Positions 53,361 to 64,000 are shown, counted from the stretch's first letter. The stretch: 64,000 nt of DNA from Candidatus Eiseniibacteriota bacterium (GCA_965224245.1 OZ245046.1:6112001-6176000); one strand, 5' to 3'. A program made the numbers and translations. The notes: a model not told the origin generated them from the letters alone.

Positions 53361-55353
53361 GTGCGCCGTGAAAAGGCGGCGACGTCCAGCGGGTGCAAGC
53401 CCCGCCCGGCAACGGATCGCTCCAGCCGGAAGCAGTCGAGCGGCGGAGGAGGTAACGAGTCCGTCGAAGCCTCGATGGAACGAGTCACTTCGGGTGACTC
53501 AGCGCAGCATGCAGGCCGAAACGTGAGTGAACGCTGAGCAGGCCTCGAAAGACCGAGATGCGGGAGCCGACCTGTCAGTTTTTCAGGGAAGGCCGCCGTC
53601 GAGCAGGGAAGAAGCGATAGATGCACCCGCTCGGTCCCGCCGGGGTAGTGGCGTCGGCATGTATGCGAGAGGGACGTCGATCGCAACACGGGAAGCCCCA
53701 TCGGTGAGGGCGTGACCTCAACCGGACTCCCGCGAGGGACAGGCCGGGCCGTATGGGGTGGCGGAGAGGCCCGTAGTAGTGATGAAGCCGGGTAATGCCG
53801 GTGGAGCGAAGGGGCCTTGGGTCGAGGTCAACGTAGGACGTAGCGACAGCCAGGAGAGTGGCCGTGAGCCTGAGACCTCCGGAAACGGTTGGGAAGCTAC
53901 AGGCGACGTTGCATGCCAAAGCGAAGGGATCGCCCGACTACCGGTTCTACACGCTGTACGACAAGGTGTATCGCTCGGACGTGCTCGCGTACGCGTATCG
54001 GCTCTGCCGTCACAACGGTGGAGCGGAAGGCGTCGACGGGCAGTCGTTCGAGGACATCGAGACGTTCGGTCGCGATCGGTGGTTGGACGAACTGACGGAG
54101 GAGCTTCGAACGAAGCGTTACCGTCCGAGGCGGTCCGGCGGGTCCACATCCCCAAGCCGGGCCAGCCGGGGCGAACGCGCCCGCTCGGGATCCCGACGAT
54201 CCGAGACCGGGTGGTGATGACGGCCGCGACGCTGGTGCTGGCACCGATCTTCGAGGCCGACCTCCCACCCGAGCAGTACGCCTACCGTCCGGAGAAGAGC
54301 GCGCTGGACGCGGTTCGCCACGTCCACACGCTGTTGACGTCGCGGCACTGGGAGGTGGTCGACGCGGACCTGTCCGGGTACTTCGATACGATCCCGCACG
54401 CCGAGCTGATGAAGTCGGTGTCGCGTCGCGTCGTGGATCGGCATGTACCACGGCTGATCAAGATGTGGCTCCAGGCACCGGTGGAAGAGACGGACGATCG
54501 GGGTCGGCGCCATCGAACGACCCGGAACAAGGACGAGGGGAGAGGATGCCCACAAGGAGCGCCCATCTCTCCGCTGCTGGCGAACCTCTACATGCGGCGC
54601 TTCATCATGGGATGGAAGGTGCTCGGACACGAGACGCGTCTTCAGGCCCAGATCGTCAACTACGCCGATGACTTCGTGATCTGCTGCCGTGGCTCCGCCG
54701 AGGAGGCGATGGTCACGATGCGGGGCATGATGCGTCGGTTGAAGCTGACGCTCAACGAGGAGAAGACGCGGATCCGTCGGCTCCCGGACGAGTCGTTCGA
54801 CTTCCTCGGGTACACCTTCGGACGATGCTACTCGCGTCGGACGGGCCGCCGATACATCGGTCAGCGCCCGTCGAAGAAGAAGGTGGCAGCGATCTGTCAC
54901 CGGATCAGCGAGTGGACGTCGTCGCGTTGGAGCTTCCTGGACGAGACGGAGCAAGTCGCCCGACTCAACCGGATGATGGTCGGGTGGGCGAACTACTTCT
55001 GCCAAGGTCCGGTGAGCTCCGACTATCGAAGGATCACCGAGCACGCCCGAGAACGGGTGCGCCAGTGGTTGCGACGAAAGCACAAGGTGCAGGGTCGAGG
55101 ATACTCACGCTTCCCCGACGATTACCTGCACGGAGAGCTGGGCCTGGTACAGCTCCGTCTGTGCGATCGCAACGTCCCGTGGGCGAGCGCATGAGTCCTC
55201 GTCCGAGAGCCGGATGCGGGAAACCCGCACGTCCGGTTCGACGAGCGGGAGTGTGGAGACGGAGCAGGGTTCGGATAGTGAGGCACCGGCAGACGAAAGG
55301 GCCGGAGAACAGGCAGGCCGAACCTAAACCACCGCGCCACCTCCCGACTCTAC
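53361..55353 (+). ncRNA. Full-length group II intron
   Basis: 5' GTGCG at 53361; DV GAGCCGGATGCGGGAAACCCGCACGTCCGGTTC at 55207-55239; 3' end CCCGACTCTAC; candidate EBS1 AGTTT (53577-53581) pairs with exon GAACT. Confidence 0.92.
53858..55194 (+). pseudogene. ltrA: Group II intron reverse transcriptase/maturase, one frameshift near 54125, no endonuclease domain
   Basis: KLQATLHAKAK..LYDKVYR..GVDG in one frame; RRVHIPK..RPLGIPTIRDR, DADLSGYFD, PQGAPISP, YADD, FDFLG, GWANYF in another. Confidence 0.9.
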
Positions 55354-55550
55354 CGACCGAGCCGCAACTTGGCTCTGCCGTTGAGCTTGGCTGCCAGCGC
55401 ATGCTCGCTCCCGGGTAGTGAGTCAGTGACCCACCGCCCGCTCCCGAGTCGAGTTGATGGGACCCCCCGAGCGCAATCAGGCTCTCGAGTTCGCCCACTC
55501 CATCGAGACGCCGAACGCTTCTCCCGATACATCTCCTGATCGTGATCCTG
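55354..55550 (+). mobile_element. Left-end segment of an rve-integrase IS (interrupted by the intron), truncated
   Basis: Homologous to 59695-59868 (shared GCAACTTGG, GTTGAGCTT, ATCAGGCTCTCGA, TTCGCCCACTCCATCGAGA, CCGATACATCTCCTGATCGTGATCCTG). Confidence 0.75.
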
Positions 55551-55636
55551 CATAGCGCTTCGAGTGGCTGAGGAAGACGGTGGGTCTGGACATTGCGCGC
55601 ATTGTAGCCGCGGCGTTGAAAGAGGACGGAAAGTGC

Positions 55637-55667
55637 TTGCACCTAACGCGACGTGAGGTCGTATCGT
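55637..55667 (+). promoter_or_regulatory. MerR/TipA-type promoter-operator, likely leaderless
   Basis: -35 TTGCAC, 19-bp spacer with dyad ACCTAACG-CGA-CGTGAGGT, -10 TATCGT, ATG 7 nt later. Confidence 0.8.
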
Positions 55668-55674
55668 CGACGGC

Positions 55675-56460
55675 ATGAGTGAGGAACGCAGGATCGGCGA
55701 GCTGGCGAGGGCGACGGGCTTGACGGTGCGGACGCTGCACCACTACGAGGAGATCGGCCTGCTGGTCGCCTCGGGGCGGAGTTCGGCGGGGCATCGCGTC
55801 TACAGCGACGAGGATGTGCGGCGGCTGTACCGGATCTGTCTGCTGCGGAGCATCGGCCTGCCGCTGGCCGAGATCGGGCGCGCGCTGGATGACCCGGCAT
55901 GGGATCTGCGTGGTTCCATCGCAGCGCATCTGACGAAGCTCGAGCGCCGGCTCGAGGGAGAGCAACGGCTGCGCGGGAGGCTCGTTCACCTGCTGAGTTC
56001 GGTCGAGGCGGCCGGGAGCCCAATCACGAACGACCTACTAACCGTGCTGGAGGAGATGGCCATGCTGGACAGGAACGTGCAACGCCGGATCTCGATCCTT
56101 GTCTACGCCGATCTCGAGGGGGCACACGAGCACCTGACGCGGGTCTTCGGGCTGGGGCCGGGGAAGCTGAGCCGCGACGGGGAGGGCAACGTCGTGCACG
56201 GCGAGATCCAGGCCGGCGACGGTGTGGTCTGGCTGCACCGCGAGACGCACGACTTCGGTCTGGCCTCGCCGAAGGCGCTGGGTGCGGCCACCGGCTGCAC
56301 CGCCGTGCTGGTCGACGACGTCGATGCGCACTTCCGGCATGCGCGCGAGCAGGGTGCCGAGATCGCCTACGAGCCGGTCGACCAACCGTACGGCTACCGC
56401 GAGTACTCGGCGCGCGATCTGGAGGGGCACCTCTGGTCGTTCATGAAGCCGATCGACTGA
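55675..56460 (+). CDS. MerR-family regulator fused to a VOC/glyoxalase domain
   Basis: RIGELARATGLTVRTLHHYEEIGLL..GHRVY; VDDVDAH..PVDQPYGYREYSARDLEGHLWSF. Confidence 0.92.
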   Translation: MSEERRIGELARATGLTVRTLHHYEEIGLLVASGRSSAGHRVYSDEDVRRLYRICLLRSIGLPLAEIGRALDDPAWDLRGSIAAHLTKLERRLEGEQRLRGRLVHLLSSVEAAGSPITNDLLTVLEEMAMLDRNVQRRISILVYADLEGAHEHLTRVFGLGPGKLSRDGEGNVVHGEIQAGDGVVWLHRETHDFGLASPKALGAATGCTAVLVDDVDAHFRHAREQGAEIAYEPVDQPYGYREYSARDLEGHLWSFMKPID

Positions 56461-56830
56461 CTCGCTCGACCTTCGATCTCGTTCCGACTCGGCGAGCACG
56501 GCCTGGAGCAACTCGGCGAGGATCCGTTTGGGCCGACCAGGCCGACGACTCTCCCCGGATCGAGGGCCGCCACGCAGACGAGCCGCTCCCGGAAGGACAT
56601 CGAGACGCGCGCCCCTTCTCCGGTTGCGCTCGTCACGATACGTGTGGGACCGTGTCAATCGGACCTCTCGCGCATGGATTGCCGAAGAGCCGTTATACTG
56701 AGTCGAGCGATCCTCTTTCCGGTACATCGTGGTGCCCAAGGCAAATGGGAGGGACGCCACATCAGGTCGATCCGCGCCGAGAGCGTCGGCGGATCGCCAT
56801 GTCGGACGTGACGTAGGAGACCCTTGCCGC

Positions 56831-59659
56831 ATGATGTCGTCAGCTCGAATTGCCTGTATCGTGTTTCTGGTTGGAGTCCAGTCCTCGACCCGCACCGCCG
56901 CTGGGTCGTTTCTCGTGGTTCTCGACAGCGCACGGGCCGTCGGCACCACAGCCTCATGGTCCTTCGAGGGATCGACCCCGGGGGGGTTTCTCGGGCAGTC
57001 CGTGGCCAGTGCGGGCGACGTCAACGGGGACGGCCATCTCGACCTCATCGTGGGTGTCCCCGCGGCGGGAGAGGCGTTCGTCTTTCATGGTGCGGTCGAT
57101 GGTCCGTCGACGACACCGGACTGGACCGGCAGCGGTCTCGCGGACTTTGGATGGTCGGTTGCATCCGCTGGCGACGTGAACGCAGACGGCTACGCGGACG
57201 TCATCATCGGTGCTCCCCTGGCGCCGGGTGTCGAGTTGGGCCGAGTCTACATGGCCCTGGGGTCGGCGACCGGACTCGAGATGTCCTGGTGGGAGTGGAG
57301 TCCGTACCTGGAGTCGCACGACAACCACGTCGGCGCGTCGGTGTCGTCGGCCGGGGATGTGAATGGCGACGGGCACGCCGACGTCATCATCGGAAGTCCC
57401 GGACTCTCGGAGGAGAGCGGCAGCGCGCGGGTCTTCCACGGAGACGCGACGGTGCTGGAAGGCACTCCAGCCTGGGCGGCCATGGGCGCACACGCCGGGG
57501 CCCAGCTCGGATGGTGCGTGTCGTCGGCCGGAGACGTGAACGGCGACGGCTACGCGGACGTCATCGTCGGGGCGCCAGGGTTTGACGACGTCGCGTACAA
57601 CGAGGGACGCGCCCACGTCTACCTCGGATCCGCATCCGGCCTCTCGCCCGTGCCGGCCTGGACGTTCACGGGCTCGGAGGCAAACGAGAACGTCGGTGAA
57701 GCCGTGGCGTGCGCGGGAGACGTGAACGGCGATGGATACGACGACGTGATCGTGGGAGCGCCGGGACAGGACATCGGACAGACGGAACGCGTGTTCGTGT
57801 TCCACGGATCGTCAACGGGGCTCTCGACGACACCCGATTGGGAGACGACCTCGGGCCTCGACGCGGAGTTCGGCGGCTCCGTGGGGCCGGCCGGCGACGT
57901 CAATGGAGACGGGTATGACGACCTCATCGTGGGCGCGCGTCTCTATGACGGCATCGCCGCCGCCGAGGAAGGCGCGGCCCTCATCTTCGCCGGCTCGGGC
58001 GACGGCATCGTCGAGACGGCGATCTGGTTCGTCGAGAGCGACGACGCGGCAGCGCACTTCGGGACCTGGGTCAGGACCGCGGGCGACCTGAACGGCGACG
58101 GAACGTCTGAGATCATAGTCGGCGCGCCAGGCTGGGGGGACAATGAAGGCAAGGCCTTGGTCTTCGACGGCGCTTCCGACTTCGCCTGCTCGTACCTGCC
58201 CGAGCTCACCGACGGTGGCTTCGAGGAGACACCACCTGGCTCGACGCCGAGCGACTTCGGTTACTGGGGTCACGACCTCGCCGAGCTCGTGACGGCCGAG
58301 AACGGGATCACGCCCCTCGAGGGCGACCGGATGCTGAAGTTCCTGGCCACGTTCCCCGACGGCCCGAGCGCACCGGCACGCGACTGTGACATGGAGCAGC
58401 TGGTGAGCCTGTGCGGGATGTCGATCGGCGCGGCCGGAGTCGAGGCGGAGGTGACCGCCCACTTCAACCGCGTGCTCGGCGACGCGGAGACGGATACCGA
58501 GTTCAGCATCCGTCTGCGATCCTATGCGGGTTCCCCCGCGGACTACCCGTCGAGCGCGGGAAGCTTTCTGGCGGAGTCGTTCATCACAATCGAGAGCGAC
58601 GGCGATCCCGCGACGTGGGAAGAGCTGACGTCGACGCTGCTGATCCCCGCGGGGTCGGACTACTTCGTGGTGTGGCTGGCGGCGACCGAGAACGTGTACA
58701 ACGACGGGGTGGAACCGGAGTTCGATGGTCATTACGTCGATGCGGTGACCGTGCACGTATGCGATCCGGCGCTCCAGACCGATCCGGAGCTGAGCGACCC
58801 GAGCTTCGAGGAGTCCGATCCGGTGGTGGGCTCGCTGCCGAGCGGAGTGGGGTACTGGGGCTACGACGTCTGTGCGGCGGTGGGCGCGGAGAACGGGATC
58901 ACGCCGCCGGATGGGGCGGAGATGCTGTCGTTCCTCGCCACGAGTCCGAGCGGTGCGCATGCCGCGGGCACGAGCTGCGACGTGGTCCAGCTGGTGAGCC
59001 TGTGCGGCCTCGACGAGCTCTGGACGGGAGATCACACGGCGACGGTCTCGGCGCTGTTCAATCGGGTGGCGGGAGATGCCGACACCGACCGTCGGTTCTC
59101 GATCGTGCTGAAGACCTACGATGGACCGCCTTCCAGCTTCACCGGCGGCGACGGTCTGGTACACGACATCGCGACGTTGCTCTCCGATGACGACCCCAGC
59201 ACCTGGGAGGAGCTGTCGGCGAGTGTGCGGATCCCGCTCGGCTCGCAGTACCTGGCGATCTGGGTACAGGCGACGGAAGACGTGTTCAATGATGCGGTGG
59301 AGCCGGAGTTCGACGGCCACTACGTGGACCGGGTCCTGCTCGAGTTCGACGGGGAGCTCCTGCACCTGCCGCCGACATCGACGCCGATCGTCACCCTCGG
59401 CGCGCCGTTCCCGAACCCGTTCCGCCACGCCACGACGTTCCGGTACGTGGTCGATGCTGCCGTCACGATGGATGCGCGAGTGTACGATGTCTCCGGGCGC
59501 CTCGTCCGAAACCTTGGAACCCAGTTCCGCCTACCCGGCCGGTATCGAGTGACATGGGACGGACGAGACGATCGAGGAATCCGCGCGCCGTCGGGCATCT
59601 ACTTCCTGAGACTCGATGGCGCCTCCCCGCGTGTGCGCCGCGTCGTCCTGGCGCGTTAG
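56831..59659 (+). CDS. Secreted FG-GAP propeller protein with a duplicated ~195-aa domain and FlgD-Ig C-terminus
   Basis: Seven AGDVNGDG..DVIVGAP repeats; two PEL.D..FEE..FDGHYVD domains; PNPF..WDGRDDRG..PSGIYF. Confidence 0.88.
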   Translation: MMSSARIACIVFLVGVQSSTRTAAGSFLVVLDSARAVGTTASWSFEGSTPGGFLGQSVASAGDVNGDGHLDLIVGVPAAGEAFVFHGAVDGPSTTPDWTGSGLADFGWSVASAGDVNADGYADVIIGAPLAPGVELGRVYMALGSATGLEMSWWEWSPYLESHDNHVGASVSSAGDVNGDGHADVIIGSPGLSEESGSARVFHGDATVLEGTPAWAAMGAHAGAQLGWCVSSAGDVNGDGYADVIVGAPGFDDVAYNEGRAHVYLGSASGLSPVPAWTFTGSEANENVGEAVACAGDVNGDGYDDVIVGAPGQDIGQTERVFVFHGSSTGLSTTPDWETTSGLDAEFGGSVGPAGDVNGDGYDDLIVGARLYDGIAAAEEGAALIFAGSGDGIVETAIWFVESDDAAAHFGTWVRTAGDLNGDGTSEIIVGAPGWGDNEGKALVFDGASDFACSYLPELTDGGFEETPPGSTPSDFGYWGHDLAELVTAENGITPLEGDRMLKFLATFPDGPSAPARDCDMEQLVSLCGMSIGAAGVEAEVTAHFNRVLGDAETDTEFSIRLRSYAGSPADYPSSAGSFLAESFITIESDGDPATWEELTSTLLIPAGSDYFVVWLAATENVYNDGVEPEFDGHYVDAVTVHVCDPALQTDPELSDPSFEESDPVVGSLPSGVGYWGYDVCAAVGAENGITPPDGAEMLSFLATSPSGAHAAGTSCDVVQLVSLCGLDELWTGDHTATVSALFNRVAGDADTDRRFSIVLKTYDGPPSSFTGGDGLVHDIATLLSDDDPSTWEELSASVRIPLGSQYLAIWVQATEDVFNDAVEPEFDGHYVDRVLLEFDGELLHLPPTSTPIVTLGAPFPNPFRHATTFRYVVDAAVTMDARVYDVSGRLVRNLGTQFRLPGRYRVTWDGRDDRGIRAPSGIYFLRLDGASPRVRRVVLAR

Positions 59660-59694
59660 GAGCTGGAGTGACGGTGCGCTTCTCCGCACCGCGT

Positions 59695-60500
59695 CGACCG
59701 ACCTGCAACTTGGTTCCGGTGTTGAGCTTTGTTGCCAGCCGACGCACGACCGCTCCCCGGCCGAGTTGACTGACCCTCCGAGCGCGATCAGGCTCTCGAT
59801 TTCGCCCACTCCATCGAGAGCCGTGACGATGACGCTTCTACCGATACATCTCCTGATCGTGATCCTGGCCGGCCGGATCAACCGGGAGCAACAAGTTGTG
59901 ATCGACTACCTCCGCGCCGAGAACCGGGTCTTGAAGAAGGGCCACGGAAGCAGGTTGTCCCGCTCACTGACGACCAGCGCCGACGCCTCGCGGTCAAGGG
60001 CACGGTTCGGCCGAAAGCGTCTCGGCGACATTGCCACGATCGTAACGCCCGACACCATTCTCTGTCGGCACCGCGATCTGATCCGGAGGAAGTGGGACTT
60101 CAGCGACCGGCGGAGGCGCGTTGGACGTCCTCCTGTGGATGCAGACGTGGCGAGGCTCGCGGTACAGATAACCCGAGAAAACCCGTCCTGGGGCTACGCC
60201 TCGATCGCCGAACCTGAACGCCCACATCGAGCGGTTCATACGGAGCCTGAAGGAGGAGTGCCTCGGCCGGATCATCTTCTTCGGCGAGGCATCGCTCCGG
60301 CGCGCGACAAACGAACTCGTCGATCACCATCATCGGGAGCGGACCCACCTAGGCATCGGCAACCGGCTCCTCGAGCCAGAGCCCGGCGAGTCGGGGAACG
60401 TCACTTGTCGCGAGCGGCTCGGTGGGCTGCTGAGGTACTGCCATCGGGAGGCGGCGTGATGGGGCCGTTTCTCAGCTCTGCCGAGTTGCTTGACCCTATG
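59695..60500 (+). mobile_element. Internally deleted rve-integrase (IS481/IS3-like) element with right IR
   Basis: GRINREQQVVIDYLRAENRVLK, VTPDTIL.RHR, ENPSWGY, then PNLNAHIERFIRSLKEECL and CRERLGGLLRY; IR at 60476-60500. Confidence 0.8.
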
Positions 60501-60560
60501 GCGTGAGGTTGATCGAGCTTTCCGACGGCGCGCGGCAAACGGCTTTGCAGTTCTCGAACG

Positions 60561-63500
60561 CTACGCGTCGTCGCGGTCGTCCAACGCATACTCGATTGCC
60601 TCATCAATGGACATTTCTCGACCCCTCGCCCACTCCACCGAGAACGCCGTGGCACCCAGAGCTTCCTTCGTGAGGGTGATTGTCTCCTCGAACTCGCGTT
60701 TGTCACGGGACTCTGGCTCTCCCCCTACCTCGGTCCAGTACCTGTCGGATGTCCCCAGTATGCGCGCCGCTCGAGAAGATCGACCGAGTCGTGCTGCCAA
60801 AGTGCCCAGACACCCCAAACTAGCGGCAACTCCTCGCGTGTCACCGAGGTCACGAAAGGCCAGCACCGCACTCTTGTAATGGACACGCGCGCCCGCATGA
60901 AGTCCCTGACGCGACGCCACTCTTCCGAGGTTCTCTGCAGCACTTGCGATGCCGTCTCGATCACCGAGATCACGAAAAGCGGATTGACTTTCCCTGTACT
61001 GCGACTCGGCGGTAGCCAGATCGCCCTGCCCGTCGGCCAGTCCACCTAGGTTGTGGTGCGCGACCGCCAAGAGCCGACGGTCGCCAAGCTCATGTGCTAT
61101 CGACAGAACCTCTTCGTAGTGGGCCTTCGTAAGCGGGAAGTCCTTCTGATCAAATGCGACTGTTCCCAGGTTCATGTGCGCGATTGCCATGAGCCGCCGG
61201 TCACCGAGCTCACGGGCGATCGACAAACCCTCTTCGAGACGTACCCGGGCCGTGCTGATCTCATTGTCATATCGATCCACGAGTCCCAAGTTGACGAGAG
61301 CAGTTGCCATGATCCGTTGATCGCCGAGCTCGTTGGCGATCGAGAGACTCTCTTCCGAATGCGCCCGTGCAGCCGAGTAGTCGCAGCCGCTCATTGCCAT
61401 GATTGCATGGTTCTTGAGGGAGTCAGCGATTCCCTGTCGGTCATCGAGAGCTCGGAACAGTGCCATGCTCTTCGCATGTTGGGCGCGAGCCTCCGGAAGA
61501 TCACCTTGACGCCATGCCAGGAAACCCGCCGCACTCAGGGCCCGTGCATGCGTGAGTGTGGAGTTGACGGATCTCATTCCCGTGAGCGCCTGTGCAGACA
61601 ACGCCCGCCCTTGACTCCAGTACCCTCTGATGTCCCAGTATGTTATGAGCGACGCCACCAGGCGGAGCCGGCGCTCGTCGTGATCGCTCTCGTTGCGCTC
61701 GAATCCAAGACGGAGGTTCTCGTAGTCTGCGTCGAGACGAGCCAGCCACACCAGCTGGTCAGAACCCATCAGATGAGGCGCAGCAGTCTCCGCTAGGGCG
61801 ACGAAATAGGTCTGGTGTCGACGCCGCAACGCCGTCTCCTCGCCTGCCTCCTTCAGCTGTGTGAGCGTGAACTCCCGCAAGGTTTCCAGCATCCGGTAAC
61901 GTGCCTGCCCGCACCGTAAGCTCTTGTCAGGGTCATGTTCGACCAGAGACTTGTCCATGAGTCGTGTGAACAGATCCAGAACTTCCCACCTCTCCACGAC
62001 CTCGTCTGAACACACAGCCTCGGCTGCCGTCAGCGTCCAGCCGCCTGCGAACACCGACAGTCGGCGGAGCACCGCTTTCTCCTTCTCATCCAGGTGCTCA
62101 TAGCTCCAGTCGATCAGCCCGTGTAGCGTCCGATGGTGTGGCAACCCGGTACGTCCACTGCCGACAAGTACATTGAGTCGTGCGTCGAGCCGCGCGGCAA
62201 GGTCTCTCGCCGTCAGCACTTTCATGCGTGCCGCTGCCATTTCCAACGCCAGCGGAATGCCATCGAGACGCCGACAGATCTCTGACACAAAGGAGGCGTC
62301 ATCATCGGTGAGATCGAATCCGGGGCATACCGCGCGCGCTCGTTTCACGAACAGCTGCACGGCCTCGCTGCGCGAGACGTCCTCCGCCGTTGCGGACTCG
62401 GCCGCGTCGGGCACCGCCAGCGTGGGAACTACCAGAATCGTCTCGCCCGTGATGCCGAGCGCCTCTCGACTCGTTGCCAGAAGTCTCACTCCGGCACCAA
62501 TCCGCAACCACGTCTCAGCGAGGGGCGCGATGGCGTCCAGCACGTGCTCACAATTGTCGAGGACCAGGAGGATCTCTTTCGCGCGGAGATAGTCCTCAAC
62601 CACGTCCTCAACACCACGGCCCACGCTCTCCTTGAGTTCGAACGCCGCCGCCACCGCCTGGGGTACGAACTGTGCGTCGCTTGAAGGTGCGAGGTCCACC
62701 ATCCAGATGCCATGCTCGAACCGGTCGAGTATTCGCGAGCAGCCCTCTAGCGCTAGACGCGTCTTGCCGCAACCGCCGGCCCCGGTCAGCGTGACCAGTC
62801 GATGCTCGTCAAGCATGGCGGTCAGTATGCCCAGCTCGGTCTCCCGTCCCACGAAGCTCGAGAGCGGAGCAGGGAGGTTGGTCGTTGCCGAGTCCGTGGC
62901 GCGCTGCACCAGGTTTCGAGGAACCGACGCCAGGGCCAGTTCTTCGTCGAGCCCGTGACGGACCTCATTCATGGTGGCGACGCGCTGCCCCGCGTCCTTC
63001 TGCAGACACCCATGGATCAAGTCACTCACCCCTGGAGGAACGTCGGGCGGAAGACGGTCCCAGTCCGGCTCCTGCTCCAGCGTCGCCACGTAGGCGTCCG
63101 GTACCGCCGGACCCCGGAAAGGGGCGTTCCCTGTCAGGCACTCGTACAGGATGCAGCCGATCGCCCAGATATCCGTGCGTACGTCGATCGCCTCGCCCCG
63201 CAGCTGCTCGGGGCTCGCGTACCCGGGCGTGCCCATCACGGCGCCGTCCACGGTGAGCCCATCAAGCCCCTGGATCGACCGCGCCAGGCCGAAGTCCAGC
63301 ACCTTCACGTGTCCTTCGGGCGTGACCATCGCATTCGCCGGCTTGAGGTCTCGGTGGATGATGCCACGTCTGTGCGCCGCCTCGACCGCCGCCGTGATCT
63401 GGCGACCGATCCGTAGCGTCTCGCTCACTGGGATTGCACCAGAACGCAGCGTGTCGTCCAGCGAAGTTCCGGCGACGCGCTCCATGGTCAGGAACACCGA

Positions 63501-63956
63501 CCCCTCAGACTCCTCGATCGTGTGGATCATCGCGATGTTCGGATGGGTCACCGCGGCGAGCATTCTCGCCTCGCGCCGGAAGCGCGCGATGCGTTCGGCG
63601 TCCTGCGCGAATGACGCAGGAAGGGTCTTGAGGGCAATCTCGCGGTCGAGCTCGGGATCGCGCGCCAGGTACACCACACCCATGCCGCCGGAGCCCAGTT
63701 GGCCGAGGATCGGGTAGCGACCGATTCGAGCCGGGTCGTCCTCGGTCTTCGAATCCATATCGGTCGGATGGTCGAGTAGGGGCACTACGGGGAGCTGGTC
63801 GGTCCGCACGCTCCTGGCAATCAGCTCCTCAACCTCGCGCCGGAGATCCGGGTCGTTCGCACACGCGCAGTCAAGAAAGTCGGAACGACTTGTAGCGTTG
63901 AGCGAGATCGCCCGATCGAACAGTTCATACACGCGCTGATGGCGATCGTGCGTCAC
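60561..63956 (-). CDS. Ser/Thr kinase + STAND/NB-ARC-like ATPase + TPR repeat protein
   Basis: GSGGMGVVY, HRDLKPAN, DFG; SFVGRE, GAGGCGKT, LVLDNCEH, LDGIPLALE; repeated LSIARELGDRR; GTG start after GAGGA. Confidence 0.9.
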   Translation of the reverse strand: MTHDRHQRVYELFDRAISLNATSRSDFLDCACANDPDLRREVEELIARSVRTDQLPVVPLLDHPTDMDSKTEDDPARIGRYPILGQLGSGGMGVVYLARDPELDREIALKTLPASFAQDAERIARFRREARMLAAVTHPNIAMIHTIEESEGSVFLTMERVAGTSLDDTLRSGAIPVSETLRIGRQITAAVEAAHRRGIIHRDLKPANAMVTPEGHVKVLDFGLARSIQGLDGLTVDGAVMGTPGYASPEQLRGEAIDVRTDIWAIGCILYECLTGNAPFRGPAVPDAYVATLEQEPDWDRLPPDVPPGVSDLIHGCLQKDAGQRVATMNEVRHGLDEELALASVPRNLVQRATDSATTNLPAPLSSFVGRETELGILTAMLDEHRLVTLTGAGGCGKTRLALEGCSRILDRFEHGIWMVDLAPSSDAQFVPQAVAAAFELKESVGRGVEDVVEDYLRAKEILLVLDNCEHVLDAIAPLAETWLRIGAGVRLLATSREALGITGETILVVPTLAVPDAAESATAEDVSRSEAVQLFVKRARAVCPGFDLTDDDASFVSEICRRLDGIPLALEMAAARMKVLTARDLAARLDARLNVLVGSGRTGLPHHRTLHGLIDWSYEHLDEKEKAVLRRLSVFAGGWTLTAAEAVCSDEVVERWEVLDLFTRLMDKSLVEHDPDKSLRCGQARYRMLETLREFTLTQLKEAGEETALRRRHQTYFVALAETAAPHLMGSDQLVWLARLDADYENLRLGFERNESDHDERRLRLVASLITYWDIRGYWSQGRALSAQALTGMRSVNSTLTHARALSAAGFLAWRQGDLPEARAQHAKSMALFRALDDRQGIADSLKNHAIMAMSGCDYSAARAHSEESLSIANELGDQRIMATALVNLGLVDRYDNEISTARVRLEEGLSIARELGDRRLMAIAHMNLGTVAFDQKDFPLTKAHYEEVLSIAHELGDRRLLAVAHHNLGGLADGQGDLATAESQYRESQSAFRDLGDRDGIASAAENLGRVASRQGLHAGARVHYKSAVLAFRDLGDTRGVAASLGCLGTLAARLGRSSRAARILGTSDRYWTEVGGEPESRDKREFEETITLTKEALGATAFSVEWARGREMSIDEAIEYALDDRDDA

Positions 63957-64000
63957 AGACGTTCCTCGGTCAGGCAATCCGATCTGTCCATGCCGAAAGC

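Noticed and set aside
53858-55194. RT as a DGR, retron or CRISPR-associated RT, with the terL repeat pair as TR/VR
   Set aside because: The RT lies inside a complete group II intron (GTGCG start, DV, DVI) and has a maturase region; differences between the terL copies are not adenine-specific

Overview
High-GC bacterial accessory region. The many secreted proteins ending in FlgD-Ig-like domains and one SWxGVKxxYR C-terminus suggest an FCB-group host such as Eisenbacteria, Krumholzibacteria or Latescibacteria (inference only). Contents in order: (1) 1-7.9 kb, a prophage or satellite replication-packaging module (AAA ATPase, DUF669, ERCC4 nuclease, prim-pol, P4/D5 primase-helicase, iteron-like repeats, adenine methylase, then frameshifted ParB, terS and GpA-type terL), with a second diverged terL-end copy at 25.9-26.7 kb; (2) 8-37 kb and 56-64 kb, secreted FG-GAP, ASPIC-UnbV, YWTD and S8 proteins, an ECF sigma factor, two Ser/Thr kinases, IS66 and IS3 elements; (3) 39.2-51.7 kb, an intact Rrf2-linked operon coupling a periplasmic NXR/pNar-type molybdoenzyme (A, B, C, chaperone) to a Rieske/cytochrome b complex, a 7-heme cytochrome c and a GltD-like flavo-FeS protein; (4) a full-length group II intron at 53361-55353. 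Least explained pattern: that intron and four other intron 5' ends all start 8-9 nt after the GTC of a shared motif (consensus about [C/T]GTAG[G/T/C]GTC), which is the terminal inverted repeat of a decayed rve-integrase IS family whose ends occur at many junctions in this window. All calls come from reading motifs by eye; no database searches were run.
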